Source: Octopus sinensis (lineage: Eukaryota). Taken from it: DNA of 64,000 nucleotides. Of this stretch, positions 12,619 through 26,537 are shown one piece after another. A program made the translations under genes and the position numbers. Location of the stretch: positions 868,001 through 932,000 of the forward strand of contig NC_043010.1 in the NCBI RefSeq assembly GCF_006345805.1. The letters are read 5' to 3'. A model generated the notes under the pieces. The model saw nothing but the letters and a program-made list of their open reading frames with translations, searched no databases and was not told where the DNA came from. Every line of letters starts with the position of its first letter. Within the stretch, counting starts at the first letter, position 1.

Positions 12619-12994
12619 CAGAAGCAGAGAGGAAGAGAGATCGGAAGGAGAGAGGAAGAGAGAGCGGAAGGAGAGAGAGAGAGAGAAATGAAAGAATAAA
12701 TTTCTCGCCTCTCAGTAAATCCAAGAAAGGACAAGAAAATACATAACGATCTAAGGGAAGCAACTGCTACTAGACAACCTCGTCTTGCAAGGGAAATAAC
12801 TCATTTTTAGCCGGTTTCAACACGATACCGTCACTAATGTTTCCAATGGAGCCAATTTTTATGTTCACTGAATTTTCCAATTAAATGAAATATTAAACAT
12901 GATCTAACTCAGAACGTAGCAGCAGACGAAATACGGCTACGCATTTTGCTCGGTGTACTAACGATTCTTTTCTACTCTAGGCACAAGTCCCGAA

Positions 12995-13180
12995 ATTTCA
13001 GGGTGGGGTGCAGTCGATTAGATCGATCCCAGAACGCAACTGATACTTAATTTATCGACCCCGAAAGGATGAAAGGCAAAGTCGACCTCGGCGGAATTTG
13101 AACTCATAACATAAAGACAGACGAAATACTGCTAAGCATTTCGCCTGGCATTCTAACGATTCTGCTAGATCGCCGCCTTT
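12995..13180 (-). mobile_element. SINE family B
   Basis: ATCGACCCCGAAAGGATGAAAGGCAAAGTCGACCTCGGCGGAATTTGAACTC is the reverse complement of the B core. Confidence 0.85.
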
Positions 13181-13299
13181 ATATAAAAATAACAGCAATA
13201 ATCTAATTAGAGAGATTTTTCCAAACTGGGCCCCAAGCCAAGAGATGGCCCATCGCACACGTTCGAGCGAAGGACGCAATGATGAATGTTTAGTAGACC

Positions 13300-13760
13300 A
13301 TTGTGGCTAACGGTGTCGCCTCAAACACTCAACGCTTTTTGACTAGGATTGGCGTACTACACGAAGCATAAAGCGTCAACCTTCAGCTTTGTTGAGTAGA
13401 AGGCCCCATTGACAATTCTCTAATTGGGTCTCGTACTTCCTAGCGCTGGTGCTGTTCTTCACGACCGTTTTCTCTTTATCTCTCAACAAATCATTGGCCT
13501 CGAACAGATACAAGTTACAAGAGCGCTGATTAAGCCGATTGCCTGATTTCTTCCCGAAGATGTTTGAGGTTTCGCACTGTAATTAGGAATGTTGATTATT
13601 TTCAGATCTTTATTAGGTCTCGTCCTCCTTCCTATTTCTTGAAGCAATTTTAGTGTCTTGATCTTCCGCTCGCTGTTCGCAGTACCGTCATGTTCCAGAA
13701 GATTATGGAAAATGGTACCATAGACCTCTGTGCCGATCGCTGGCTTTTGGACTTCTGATC
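13300..13760 (-). mobile_element. Ancient LINE ORF2 fragment
   Basis: Weak similarity of the minus-strand translation (SERKIKTL..RNQAIG) to the RTE thumb region; heavily decayed. Confidence 0.35.
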
Positions 13761-13769
13761 TTGATGGGA

Positions 13770-13955
13770 GGGGATAAATCAACGACTTCGACCCCAATGC
13801 GTGACTGGTACCTTATTTTATCGATCCCGAACAGATGGAAGGTAAAGTTGACCCCGGCAGGATTTGAACTCAATACAGAAGGAGCTGGAAGAAATGACGC
13901 TAAGACTTTTGTCCGATATACTAACGATTCTGTCAGCAGCTCGCTGCCTTCTATG
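13770..13955 (-). mobile_element. SINE family B, diverged
   Basis: B core and GATTTGAACTC B-box in reverse. Confidence 0.7.
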
Positions 13956-14019
13956 CATGTTTGTCTTTACCTAGAACTAGGAGGGATATCATTTCCAAAC
14001 ACACAAATATGTATGTATG

Positions 14020-14261
14020 TACTCTTTTACTCTCTGTACTCTTTTACCGGTTTCAGTCATTTGACTGCGGCCATGCTGGAGCACTGCCTTTAGTCGAGCA
14101 AATCGACCCTAGGACTTATTTTTTGTAAGCCTTGTACTTATTCTATCGGTCTCTTTTGCCGAACCGCTAAGTTACGGCGACGTAAACACACCAGCATCGG
14201 TTGTCAAGCGATGTTGGGGGGGGGGGTGACAATCACAGACACACAAACGTACACACACACA

Positions 14262-14337
<76 letters not shown>

Positions 14338-14500
14338 GACGGGCTTCTTTCAGTTTCCGTCAATCAAATCCACTCACGAGACTTTGGTTGGCTCGAGGCT
14401 ATAGTAGAAGACACTTGCCCAAGGTTCCACGCAGTAGGAGTGAACCCGGAACCATGTGGTTGGTAAACAAGCTACTTACCATACAGCCACTCCTACGCCT
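14020..14500 (-). mobile_element. SINE family A, near-consensus copy
   Basis: Full head, (CA)n(TA)n insert and tail; CpGs intact (GCCGAACCGCTAAGTTACGGCGACGT). Confidence 0.9.
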
Positions 14501-14679
14501 ATGTATGTATGTATGTATGTATGTATGTATGTATGTATGTATGTATGTATGTATGTATGACGAGCGTGTGTGTATTTAAGACGGCCGACTGGCAGAGTCG
14601 TTAGAATGTCGGACAGAATGCTGTGCGTTTACTCTTTTCAATTCTCTGCATTCTGAGTTCAAATTCAAAGCTTAAGGCT

Positions 14680-15110
14680 TGGAAAGGAAATATGGCACCG
14701 TACTATGAACTGAGACTTCACTTACGGGTCGTAAAGATATGTCTAACCTTCATTCCGTGTCACCAGATCGAAAAAGAAAAATCAAATAAAACATCTTCGT
14801 CGGTCTCCAATGCTTCTAACATATCAGAGCAGAGTTTTCACTCTTCATTCTTTCAGATAGGCTGCCAACTACACAGATGCTCACTTAGCACATAATTTAC
14901 GATAACCAAAGCCTTCCACCAGTTTCTGTAAAGTATTGCGACACAGTCCGTTTTGCAGCAAATTCAGAGATTGTCACTCGTCTGTCCGCGCAAACCAGGT
15001 CGTCGAGTCACTGGCGATTTGTGTCAATGACTTATGGCCTTCAGTGGATGTCAGACTGTCGGCACTTCCTAACTTCATCAAAAACTCAAAAAAGGGTACC
15101 TCGCTTCTAC
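14680..15110 (-). pseudogene. mariner (DD34D-type) transposase remnant
   Basis: Minus strand gives DRRVTISEFAA, GFGYRKLCAK*, DLVTRNE (TGDE-like) and YDP in colinear order, with stops and frameshifts. Confidence 0.72.
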
Positions 15111-15367
15111 TTAGATCATGTAATGAAAAACGAGAAGAATTATTATAAAAGAGACGTTACTCGACCAACATGTACATTTTGAAAGACCTGTGTCAGTTAA
15201 TAAAAGACTATGCCCACCTTTGCATTACTTCCACAACACTGGTATGTATATGAATACGCTTGAGTGTGTGTGTGTGTGTGTGTGTATACATACACACATA
15301 CACACATACATACATACATACATACATACATACATACATACATACATACATACATACATACATACAT

Positions 15368-15597
15368 TTCTTTACTACCCACAAGGGGCTAAACACAGAG
15401 GAGACAAACAAGGACAGACAAACGGATTAAGTCGATTACATCGACCCCAGTGCGTAACTGGTACTTAATTTATCGACCCCGGAAGGATGGAAGGCATAGT
15501 CGACCTCGGCGGAATTTAAACTCGGAACGTAACGGCAGACGAAATACGGCAACGCATTTCGTCCGGCGTGCTAACGTTTCTGCCAGCTCACCGCCTT
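15368..15597 (-). mobile_element. SINE family B, full length
   Basis: Complete head to TTTCTTT tail in reverse; CpGs intact. Confidence 0.9.
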
Positions 15598-15639
15598 ATA
15601 TACATATATATATACATACATATATATATGATCGAATCT

Positions 15640-16050
15640 CTCGCCGAGGACGACGTATGAGTGTTCAAGCTTTGCAGAGCGCATGCACAGAGTAGATCTG
15701 TTCACACGGGCCATCTTCACAACATTCACTCACCTATCAACAAAAGCATTGGGGGCAGTACTACCCTCTTTGACTCCTCTTTGTTTTTCAAGTGGAACTT
15801 GGAAAAGTCGATGGGGGCTTGGCCGAAGAGGAAAGTATCCATCTTCAGTTCTTTCAACCTCGTTCGCTATAGCCACCAGACAAAGGAAAAGGTGTCTTCC
15901 CTTCCCGGCCAAAAGAAGGTAGCGGGCCGATCCTCATGATGGACTCGGCTGATAGTCGGATCCGTTCTACATGTGTCAACTGCTGTTTGACAAAAACTCC
16001 TTGTGCTGCACTATAGCTGACTCTCTCTGTTAAATCGATGTCGTTTGAAC
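15640..16050 (-). mobile_element. Decayed LINE 3' fragment (RTE/BovB-like C-terminal Cys/His region)
   Basis: Basic stretch KTKRSQR followed by CPQC on the minus strand; many disruptions. Confidence 0.4.
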
Positions 16051-16064
16051 AGGGGCACAGTGTT

Positions 16065-16195
16065 TCATGCATCAGATGTGGAAGGGATCGAGAGCAACGT
16101 GAAATGAAGAATTCTGCTCAAAAGATCAACGCAACACTCTGTCCAGAGATTGAGATGACGATCTGATGATCGTGACTGCAACACCCTAACCAAAA
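16065..16195 (-). mobile_element. SINE family D fragment
   Basis: GAGCAACGTGAAATGAAG..GCTCAA..CCCTAACC motif order. Confidence 0.65.
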
Positions 16196-16614
16196 GATGA
16201 TGTTTCTAACGAGTGCCATTTCAGGTTTTTCCCTATCTCGAATGAGAAACAGACTGGACAGGACCTATAATACTGTACAGTGTGTGTGTACGTGCATACG
16301 TGCGTGTATGTGTGCATGTATTTCGCTTAAGTACTGGTCGAGAACTCAATGTACAATGCTTCAGAACAAAGCAGTAGTCGAGTACAGAGCGGTAAGAAGA
16401 AAATGAAATGACGAAGGAATAAACGATTATCTTATGAACTTCATTGGCTTACTGCTGTTTCTGCTATAAAAATGCAGCGGACTCATAGTCCAGTGCCTGT
16501 GTAACACTGCATCTGATGGCAGAAATAGCTGTCAGCTAATGAAGTTCATAGGATAATTGTTTATTCCTTTGTCATCTAATTTCCATGTGTATATGTGTGA
16601 AGATATATATACGC

Positions 16615-16670
<56 letters not shown>

Positions 16671-16972
16671 ATATATATACTCATATATAAGTATATATGT
16701 ATATATATATTATTATATTTGTATATATATTATATATATATATATATTATATATATATATATATAATATATATATAATATTATAAGGTGAAACAGCACAA
16801 ATGGGACGACAGGAATCAAATAAGATTAGACGGTCAACGTGAGACGTTACAAGTACAGAAAAATTCGATGGACAAAATTAAAACACACAAGAAAAAAGAA
16901 ACAAAAAATAAAACGATACCAAGTTGAAGCATGCATGAATCCTTCTGGATAGAATATAACGTGTGTGTGTGT

Positions 16973-17012
<40 letters not shown>

Positions 17013-17186
17013 CTTGTTTTTATGTATAGTCATTTATTAAAACACTCACTAATTGAAGTATCATTCAGTCTATTTATAACCAATTTTATTTTACCATGGA
17101 AAATGTTGATAGTGACTTCGAAGTTTCGGCCCTGTCATTTTTGTAAGATAGTTACGTGAAAGCAACTGAGCTTAATGTAGAACACA

Positions 17187-17240
<54 letters not shown>

Positions 17241-17497
17241 ACACGCGCGCAGGCGTATCCCAAACTAATTTCTTGTAAGACGTGGATCACTTTTAGTATT
17301 TGAATTAAGATGGTGTTTTGTGAGATTCATATTTGTTTAGTTATTCCATAACATCACTGATATATATATTATGTATGTTTCCTGGCTAAATAGCTTTCAC
17401 AGTAGGCCACTATCAGGTTATTTTCACTCGCTCAGTAAGAAAGATAATTTTTGCGGTGTCTAAAATACATTTGTTTTGTTCCCTTTACACATTCCAG

Positions 17498-17633
17498 TCT
17501 CTTCATGAATTCAAACTCGAAGGCCGACTGCTATACAATCTGTAAAATTCTCAGAAAGCCTGTGCCTCTCTACACCAGTTAAAGAAGCCAAAAGTTGCAG
17601 AAACATTTCACGAGAGGCTCCGGTAAAGAGTTT
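17498..17633 (+). other. Candidate exon (non-coding or uORF-bearing)
   Basis: TTGTTTTGTTCCCTTTACACATTCCAG acceptor and TTT|GTGAGT donor; all three frames contain a stop. Confidence 0.3.
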
Positions 17634-17914
17634 GTGAGTATACATGCATATGTAAGTGAAGAATGGAGCAGCTGATATTACATCTATTATAGGATTTACA
17701 ATTGTTTCAACCACGAGCGGGTGACAAATAAAACATCACAGACCTGCATGAAGATAATGATATATTCATGTGTATTGAGTAATGCTTATTACATAATAGC
17801 CTCCGCTCTGCCATTTAATTATAACCGGACGAATGGAGATGATATATAAACCAAACTGACAATTTCACTTATATAAGAAAAGTTTTGCAATGGATTCAAG
17901 TAGGAGGGGAAAAG

Positions 17915-17968
<54 letters not shown>

Positions 17969-18506
17969 AGGATATGTTCAAAATTCGTTACTTTCATTGA
18001 ATTATTTCACAAAGACATTGGTTATAACCCCAACAAAATTTCTAATTAATTGCAGTGTATGTACCTATATAGGTGAATATGTGTGTCTTTGTATGTATGT
18101 GTGTGTCTTTGTGTGTGTGTGCGTGCGTGTGTGTGTGTTGTGTGTGTGGTGTGTGTGTGTGTGGCGTGTGTGGCAAAATGAAAATAACAGGACAAAAGAC
18201 AAAATAAAAGTTGTGATTAGTTTAAACATCAGAGAAACAGAAATAGCCTCAGCGTTTCGGATGGAAATCATTCATCAGACAAAAGTATTAAGTGAACGAA
18301 AGAAAAAAGACAGAAAGGAAAGGAAAAACAAAGATGAAGAACATCACACGTGTAGAAGCACTACAGCGCCATTTTAAATGAAGTCGACAAGGAAAGAAAA
18401 ATGTTTAAGGTGTGGGATTTATTTGTGAATGTTTGCATGTGTGTGTATGTAGTTTCATTTTATTTCTCAGTGTGTGATACTAGCATTTTGTGCGAAGTGG
18501 TTGTAG

Positions 18507-18550
<44 letters not shown>

Positions 18551-19390
18551 AAGTGCAGGCTGAACGTTTGGTTTACAGTTTGTAAATATATGGGTTTGAA
18601 GTGAGAAGCTGAACGGACAGCTATCGTTTTTTTTTTCTCTCAAATGCTTTAGTATGTTTTTGTGGAAGTGTTATGGGTGTGTGTACGTGTTTGTGTGTAT
18701 TATGGGTGCGTGTATGCATATGTATGCATGTGTCTGTGTGATGATACGTGAAGTGTTTGAAAAAATAAAATTAGTTAAGAATTAAGATCGTGGCGGGGGT
18801 GAGGCAATAAGTCACAAAAAGTAACAAAGAAACAAAAGTTGATTTAATTAGACCCCTGGGATGAAAAATACAAAGTCAACGTTGGTGGTATTTGAACTCA
18901 GAAACTCAGAAGATTAAATAGAGACGAAACCACAAAGCGAAGGAATACTGCCCGACGCTCTACCAATTCTAAAGAATTATATAAAAACAAGATTAAGTCA
19001 ATCAGAGTTAAAATAAACGGCAAACAAAGGGAAGTAACTATGATATCGAAAAACTAAGTCACGGATATTTACCAGATTTTTTCTTGTCAAAAGCACAGAT
19101 GGGAGCCTCAGAATCACTTGCTTATGGCGGCTGTCGCTATTGCTTAGTTAAAAATATCTCAGCTGATAAATTGGTGCAGTCACACCATCAGAGTTCCTGG
19201 TTTTGCTCTGTCAAAAACATATAAGTAATGGCTTGTCAAACAATCAACAGATTAGGTCTTAATGGATTATGTATGTACACGTACACAAACACACACAAAC
19301 AGACACATGCACATACATATACACATATATACATACATATATGCATGCATATATATCTATATACTATATACTACATACATATATACATAC

Positions 19391-19468
<78 letters not shown>

Positions 19469-19652
19469 CAAAGCTTCTATGAATAGAAGATTGGGTAATA
19501 TATGTGTAGATATATATGTATGCATATATATACGCGTGTGTGTAATTATGTCGGTTCAAAAGTAATTTTAGTGTTTTTAAAATAATTTATATGATTTTTG
19601 ACCCACCCCACATATACATGCATGTACACACACCACATGTATATCTGTATGC

Positions 19653-19689
<37 letters not shown>

Positions 19690-19735
19690 ATATATGCAAA
19701 AATATATATATATGCCATATATATATATATATGCG

Positions 19736-19769
<34 letters not shown>

Positions 19770-19781
19770 ATATATAATATA

Positions 19782-19819
<38 letters not shown>

Positions 19820-19955
19820 TCCATATATGTATTTATTTGCCGTTATGTCAATGTCTGATCATAGAGAAACCAATGGCTGTACATCTATAAAGGGCCTAGC
19901 CCCATGGATGACTCATCAGTCTCTAAAGCTAAAGACTTTATATTCACACACACAT

Positions 19956-20006
<51 letters not shown>

Positions 20007-20254
20007 CACCTGATCCAGAACTGTGATGACTCTAGAAACAGCATTCCTATTTTCCTCAGTGAACATCGTACAAGTTGTAAGAATTCAGTGTAATATAAAA
20101 CCTTATACTTTGTCTTTAACTGTGTTGAGTACCTTTTTGGGGTTTGCAGACACCTTAGCCAATGACAAAGGACACCTGAACTACTATTTATATAAAATTT
20201 ATGTATGTGTGTATATATACATATATACATGTCTTGCATATATATCTAAACGTG

Positions 20255-20287
<33 letters not shown>

Positions 20288-20733
20288 TATATATATTATA
20301 TATATATATATATATTATATATATATATATATGTATACACACACACATTACAATCTAGCAGCTATCAGAAAGAAACCAACAACTAAAGCTATGTAAATTT
20401 TATAGAAAAACATGTCAACTTCCATAACTGATATAAGAGATTAATTTCTTTAAATTATTTCCCATTCTGGTAAAGCATGGCAAAATCTTTGAAAATAAAA
20501 ATAAAACATGAGAAGTTCCAGAACTGATTTGGAAGATTACTTCATTTTCCATTCTTTAACAGCATGATCAAATCAACTTTAAAATGATTGAAACCGGTAG
20601 CATATTTTGATAAATATGTAAATATTTTCTTTCTTTTGTCCATGATAAAGTCCCCAAAGCATTTTCTTTTTTTTTTTTAAATATAAATTTCTTGTGTGAA
20701 ACCTTCAACCTTTTCAATGTATGTCTGTGTATA

Positions 20734-20931
20734 CGAAGGGGTGCTGAAAAGTTCCTGGCTTTGGGTGAAAAAATACAGGAGCATCAGTTAATTATGATTC
20801 CATTCAACACATTGCCCTCTCAGATTTATACACTTATTGCAGCAATCATGCAGTTTTTCTAAGAACTCAGAAGGCTGGGCCCCCAACCAGCACTTTCATG
20901 TTACCATTAAAGCCAGAAACAGTGCCCCTTG
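20734..20931. mobile_element. Tc1/mariner-type MITE (CpG-decayed copy)
   Basis: TA|CGAAGGGGTGCTGAAAAGTTCCTGGCTTT ... AAAGCCAGAAAC..CCCCTTG|TA: TIRs and TA TSD. Confidence 0.7.
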
Positions 20932-21099
20932 TACGTGGGTGGGGGGAGTCATTGCCTATCATTTATGTCCATGTGGGTTAAAGTGGAGGAGAGAGAGAGA
21001 ATGATACATGTATATGTCTATAGACAAATGGTGCGTGTGTTCCTATAGACACTTATGTATGCATATGTGTGTGAACACTGCTACACAATTCTTATGCCA

Positions 21100-21330
21100 C
21101 AGTGACTTTGACAACTCCAACAGCCAAACCGGAACTGTTCCTCCCGGTAACAGTGCCACGGTTGCTTTTCCACTATTTGACTCAAGCAGTCTGTTTTCAA
21201 TATCTCACAGAAATACCTGTCCTTTATCCTCTATCCTCTCTAGGTCCCATTTTCTCATTTTACAAAACCTGAGATCAAAGGACCCCATTTATCTACTTTC
21301 AGGATAAAAGAAGGAAATTCCATGCCTTTG
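21100..21330 (-). mobile_element. Old CR1/L2-like endonuclease fragment
   Basis: Broken-frame minus-strand translation resembles the FL..IE..L.QIV...TRG motif; weak. Confidence 0.3.
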
Positions 21331-22254
21331 ATAAAAACATGTGTAATCAGTCGGTAAGCAAATATTTAAGCAATGCCAGGCAATATCAGATTGCCCACAT
21401 CACATCTTGGCAACTGGAAAATAAGATTGCCCACATCACATCTTGGCAACTGGAAAATATGAATGTCAGTTGAATGAACATTTCTATCTACAGAGACTTC
21501 TCAAATATATTTAAATAAAATTTCATTTCTTGAACTAGAAGAATTTTTGTTTTTTACAATATACCATAGTCACTTGCGTAATAAGTTCCACCCCTAATTT
21601 AGTGCAAAATCTTGGTGCCAATTTATTTCCCTTCATATTCAAACTTTGTCCCATTTATAAGTGATATGGAACTTATACATTAATAAACTTATACAATCCT
21701 GACTCCTGTCCAAAATCCTCAGGTTTGTATCCCATGCCTTTCCCAAACATATCAAAAGCTGTAATGATGTCACTGTATCCTTCACTTCATAGTATGTGGG
21801 CATCCCAGGTTAGGAACCAGAGTTTTACAAACTCTTGAGTTTGTAAAATACTTTACAAAGGGAGAAAGAGGTGAGAAATAATGACATTGATTCCTTTCTC
21901 AGTACTTTCAAATTTTCACCCAATCTCTCTCGCTCTGTGTACCTACCTACCTACCTACCTATCTTCTATATTTGATGGCATATAAATGCACTATTTTTAC
22001 CAAAAATATATCTTGGTAAATCACCCTAAGTCCAGTATGCACCTTTGGGATTCCTATCAGTTTTAATGCATTAAAACCTTATCTTTCTTCTTTTGACTAA
22101 GTGCTGCTAAAATTATGGTGCATCTAATATGCCAATGCGTCTTTGATGCCATCAAATGCAATACACTGCAACCTACTTACTTACCATATCCGACACCCAG
22201 ACTTCTTTGAATTTGAATTTTAATTTCAATGCTACAATCAATTTTCAAAAAGTG

Positions 22255-22750
<496 letters not shown>

Positions 22751-23399
22751 AGAAAATCACAGAGAGTCATTGGCTGTGTTAGCAACTAAAGAGGAGCTGA
22801 AGCCCTGCACTCAATAACTGGTGCTGCTCTGTGTTGTTGGATATAAAACTGCAGGGAGACAAACAGGTGCCAGTGACACCAGTGCACCACTCTGTACCAT
22901 TAGTTCACTGATGCAGGGGGACATCAAACATAACATAGAATATAGGTGGCGCTAGTGATGATAACAACAATGATTATGATGGGAGTTTGTGTTATGGGGA
23001 TGGAGATACAGTTGTAGTTGTTGATGGTGAATGCGGTAAAGGTAATGACTGCATTGTTCGGATGGTGATGATAATTATGATAATATTGATAATGGTGGTC
23101 ATGGTAGGGATGGCAGCGGTGGTGGTGGTGATGGTAGAGTTGATGATAGTGATGATGATATGATGACAACGATGATGATGATTTTGTGTGTATGCATGTG
23201 CAAATGTGTGTGTGCATGTCAGTATGTGTTTATAAACGTTTTGTTGTTTGTTTTTATTAATGGTAATGTTGTTATGTCTCCAAATTGGAAACCTCAGTTT
23301 TGGTGCCAGACAATCAACAAATAGGTTTGAACTCAAAATCTCTACATGTGTAATCCTGTCTTTTCAAAGACAGAATCTGTGAGAATCCTTTGAAAATAC

Positions 23400-25020
23400 T
23401 GGATATCACAAAGTCTCTCAGGTTCTCAATATGTCAACTGTATGTAGTCCATGTCTGCTACCAGATTCCAAAATGGAAACGCAGATGGCTCTCCTTTCTT
23501 GCACACATCTAATTCCTTTTTTATCCAGTTTTTCTCTCAACACATCCGGGCTTTGCCGTTCAAACACATTTACATTGCACTTCTTACAGAACATGCTTGC
23601 TTCATTTCTTTCTACTTCTCAAGTCCTCTGCATTCGAGGTCAATATCTCACTGTCTTCTTGTCTTGAGACAGCATCCACCTGGGGTGGGTTGAGCTGGCT
23701 TCATTCATCCTCAGTGCTGCATCTCTCACAAACGCCAACCAGGCCTGGCGATTTGAAGCTAACGACTGCATGATCTCTAACCACTCCCTATTCCTTTGAA
23801 TTACAGTTACTACTCATTTTTGTCAGCTGAGTGGACTGAAGCAACATGAAATAAAGGGTCACTGGGAATCGAACTCACGACCTTTCAATCATGAGCTGAA
23901 TACCCTAACCACTAAGCTATGTGCCTTTATACCTACTCTTTTTCTGATAATGAGCAAGGTAATTACACTGAAGATGCCTGAGTCCTGCCTAATTTCTCAT
24001 TAAAATCTTAGTCTTTGCTAAGTTTACCTTGAGGCCTCTCAATTCTTCGTTTAGCTTCCATGTCTGAAATATCTTTATCGATTCAGCTAAGAGCAATAGA
24101 TCATTGCATGTAGGAGTTCCCATGGACATCTAGCCTTAACTCATCTGTAATGACCTGTGGGACCACAATGAATAGGAGAGGACTGAGGACTGAGCCCTGA
24201 TGAACTCCTACCTTCACACTAAATTCATCAATAAAATTGTTATTGATTCTCACTTTACTCACTGCATCTCTGTGTACATAACTTGTACAGCCATCTCTAT
24301 TTATATGAATGTCAAAATGTCTGCATGTGTGTCCTTTATACAAATCCACAATTTTTCAGTTAGAGGGCTCGCACTTTCTATGGTCATTCAAAACCGTCCA
24401 AGGGTGGTTGTGCACATATTTACATTTCCCCAGTCACCCCGCAAAGCCATTAAAAAATCAATAGAAGTGACTTTTTTGTGAATTTTCTATCCAAAACCCA
24501 ATCAAGATGCCCGAAACTTGATACGCCAATTGAATGCCAGCTAGCTGTATGTGATTGGTCGGAGATTTGGACAGTAATCGTGTATATGTGTGCATGCACG
24601 CAGCTGTATATGCATGCACTAGCACTATGACCTGGCGTTGCAGGGTCATAGTGCTAGTCATAAGATATTCAGCTACACCTAGTTCCCTAATGATCACCAC
24701 ACTACTGAATGTGGTACCTTGTCAAATGCCTTCTTCTCAATGAATGTTAAGAACAATGGTTTGCTCTTAGCCAAGTATTTCTATTGCAGTTGTCTCACTG
24801 GGAAGATTCCATTGATAATACCTCTTCCAACCTTGAAATTAAATTGCATTTCATCAAGGTCTGCTCAGTCATAAATCAATTGCACTTTGACCTTAATTTC
24901 TTGATCCAGCAGTTTGATTTCTCTTCATTTTCCTAAACATCACAAGTTACAATCAAGGCAACTGTTGAATTAACTACTAGCTTTGCACCTTCAAAGGCTT
25001 TTGAAATAAATCAATCCCTT
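23400..25020 (-). mobile_element. Decayed RTE LINE, interrupted by a SINE (23812-23925) and a Helitron (24294-24657)
   Basis: VGVHQGSVLSPLLF (ORF 24101..24349), AFD-like and thumb motifs colinear with the 2878-5055 element once the inserts are removed. Confidence 0.8.
24294..24657 (+). mobile_element. Non-autonomous Helitron
   Basis: Starts TC, ends CTAG, inserted between A24293 and T24658 with no TSD; subterminal GC-rich hairpin; removing it restores the RTE sequence GTACAGCCA|TCATAAG. Confidence 0.85.
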
Positions 25021-25231
25021 GAAAAACATGTAAGCCTTATCAACAGGAAGAGCATTATTACCTCAGCAATGCATTCGTCTAACCATGTGGTTCTCAACCA
25101 GTTTTTTTTTTTTTTGTTTTGACTTATGAACCCATTTGATCCCTATTTTATTCAGATGGACCCTCATAGCCATTCAATGTTTAAAAAAAATCATATATTT
25201 TTTTAATTACCTATTAGGATTTTTTACCCTC

Positions 25232-25580
25232 GTTTCGGCTATGCTGGGGTTACTGCCTTGAAGGGTTTAAGTCAAATGAATTGACCTCACTATTCATATT
25301 TCAGTAAGGCCTGGTACTTATTCTATCAGTCTCTTTTGCTAAACTGCTATGTTACAGGGGAAGAAAACACACCAACACTGGTTGTCAAGTGGTGGTAGAG
25401 GACAAACGCATACACAAACACACACACCCAAACAATAGGCTTCTTTCAGTTTCCATCTACCAAATCCACTCATGGGGCTTTTGTTAGCTATAGTAGAAGA
25501 CCAAGGTGCCATACAGTGGGACTGAACCCAGAACCATGTGGTTGGGAAGCATACTTTTCACCACACAGCTACACCTGCAC
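25232..25580 (-). mobile_element. SINE family A, CpG-decayed
   Basis: Diagnostic motifs with TpG/CpA at consensus CpG sites. Confidence 0.8.
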
Positions 25581-25716
25581 CTACTATTTAAGAAAGTGTT
25601 AAAATACTTTGTGTATTCTAGAAGTATAACTAAATCATTGTACACAAATTTTAACAACAGAATCTTATATGGACCCCCATTGACAACATAGAAAAATAGA
25701 TGTAAAAATGAACCAT

Positions 25717-25747
<31 letters not shown>

Positions 25748-26048
25748 CTCTATTCGTTGAGGTCCTTGTTTTACACTTTATTTTTTAAAGAAACGACTGT
25801 GACTTCGAAGTTTCCCTTGACCAGACTTTGAAATAGAAGATTTTGTATAACTTCCATGTTTTGGTCACTATTTAAAGAAAACCAACCCATTTAACTCAAC
25901 ATTTTGTATTGAGTACTTTATTTAGTATTTTTGTATTTATACATGAATTATTACATATATAAATATGTGTGTGTATGTGTATTCATCCACACAAGTATCT
26001 ACATACATATTCATATATACCTATATATATGTATATATATATATATAT

Positions 26049-26086
<38 letters not shown>

Positions 26087-26357
26087 TATACATACATATG
26101 CATATGTATATTTAGTATTTTTGCTTTTATACATGAATTAATGTACATTAATATATATATATATACATATATGTATAAAGAGAAAGAGAGAGAGAGAGAG
26201 GGAGTGTAAATGATAGAGAGAGACACACATGTACACACACACATACATACATATGTATATATATTTATTTGTATGTTTCATATATATGTGTGTGAATATG
26301 TACATATATGTGTCTGTATGAATATATGTGTAAGTAGATACACACACAGATGCACGT

Positions 26358-26403
<46 letters not shown>

Positions 26404-26537
26404 ACAGAGAGACACATATTTGTTTCAAATTCGATTTGCTCCTATCTCCACCAATTTTTCTTTTTATATATTCTTATTTTTATCCGTGAAGAATGAATAT
26501 ATGATAAGAAATATGAAAATCTAATGTAATTTTGCAG

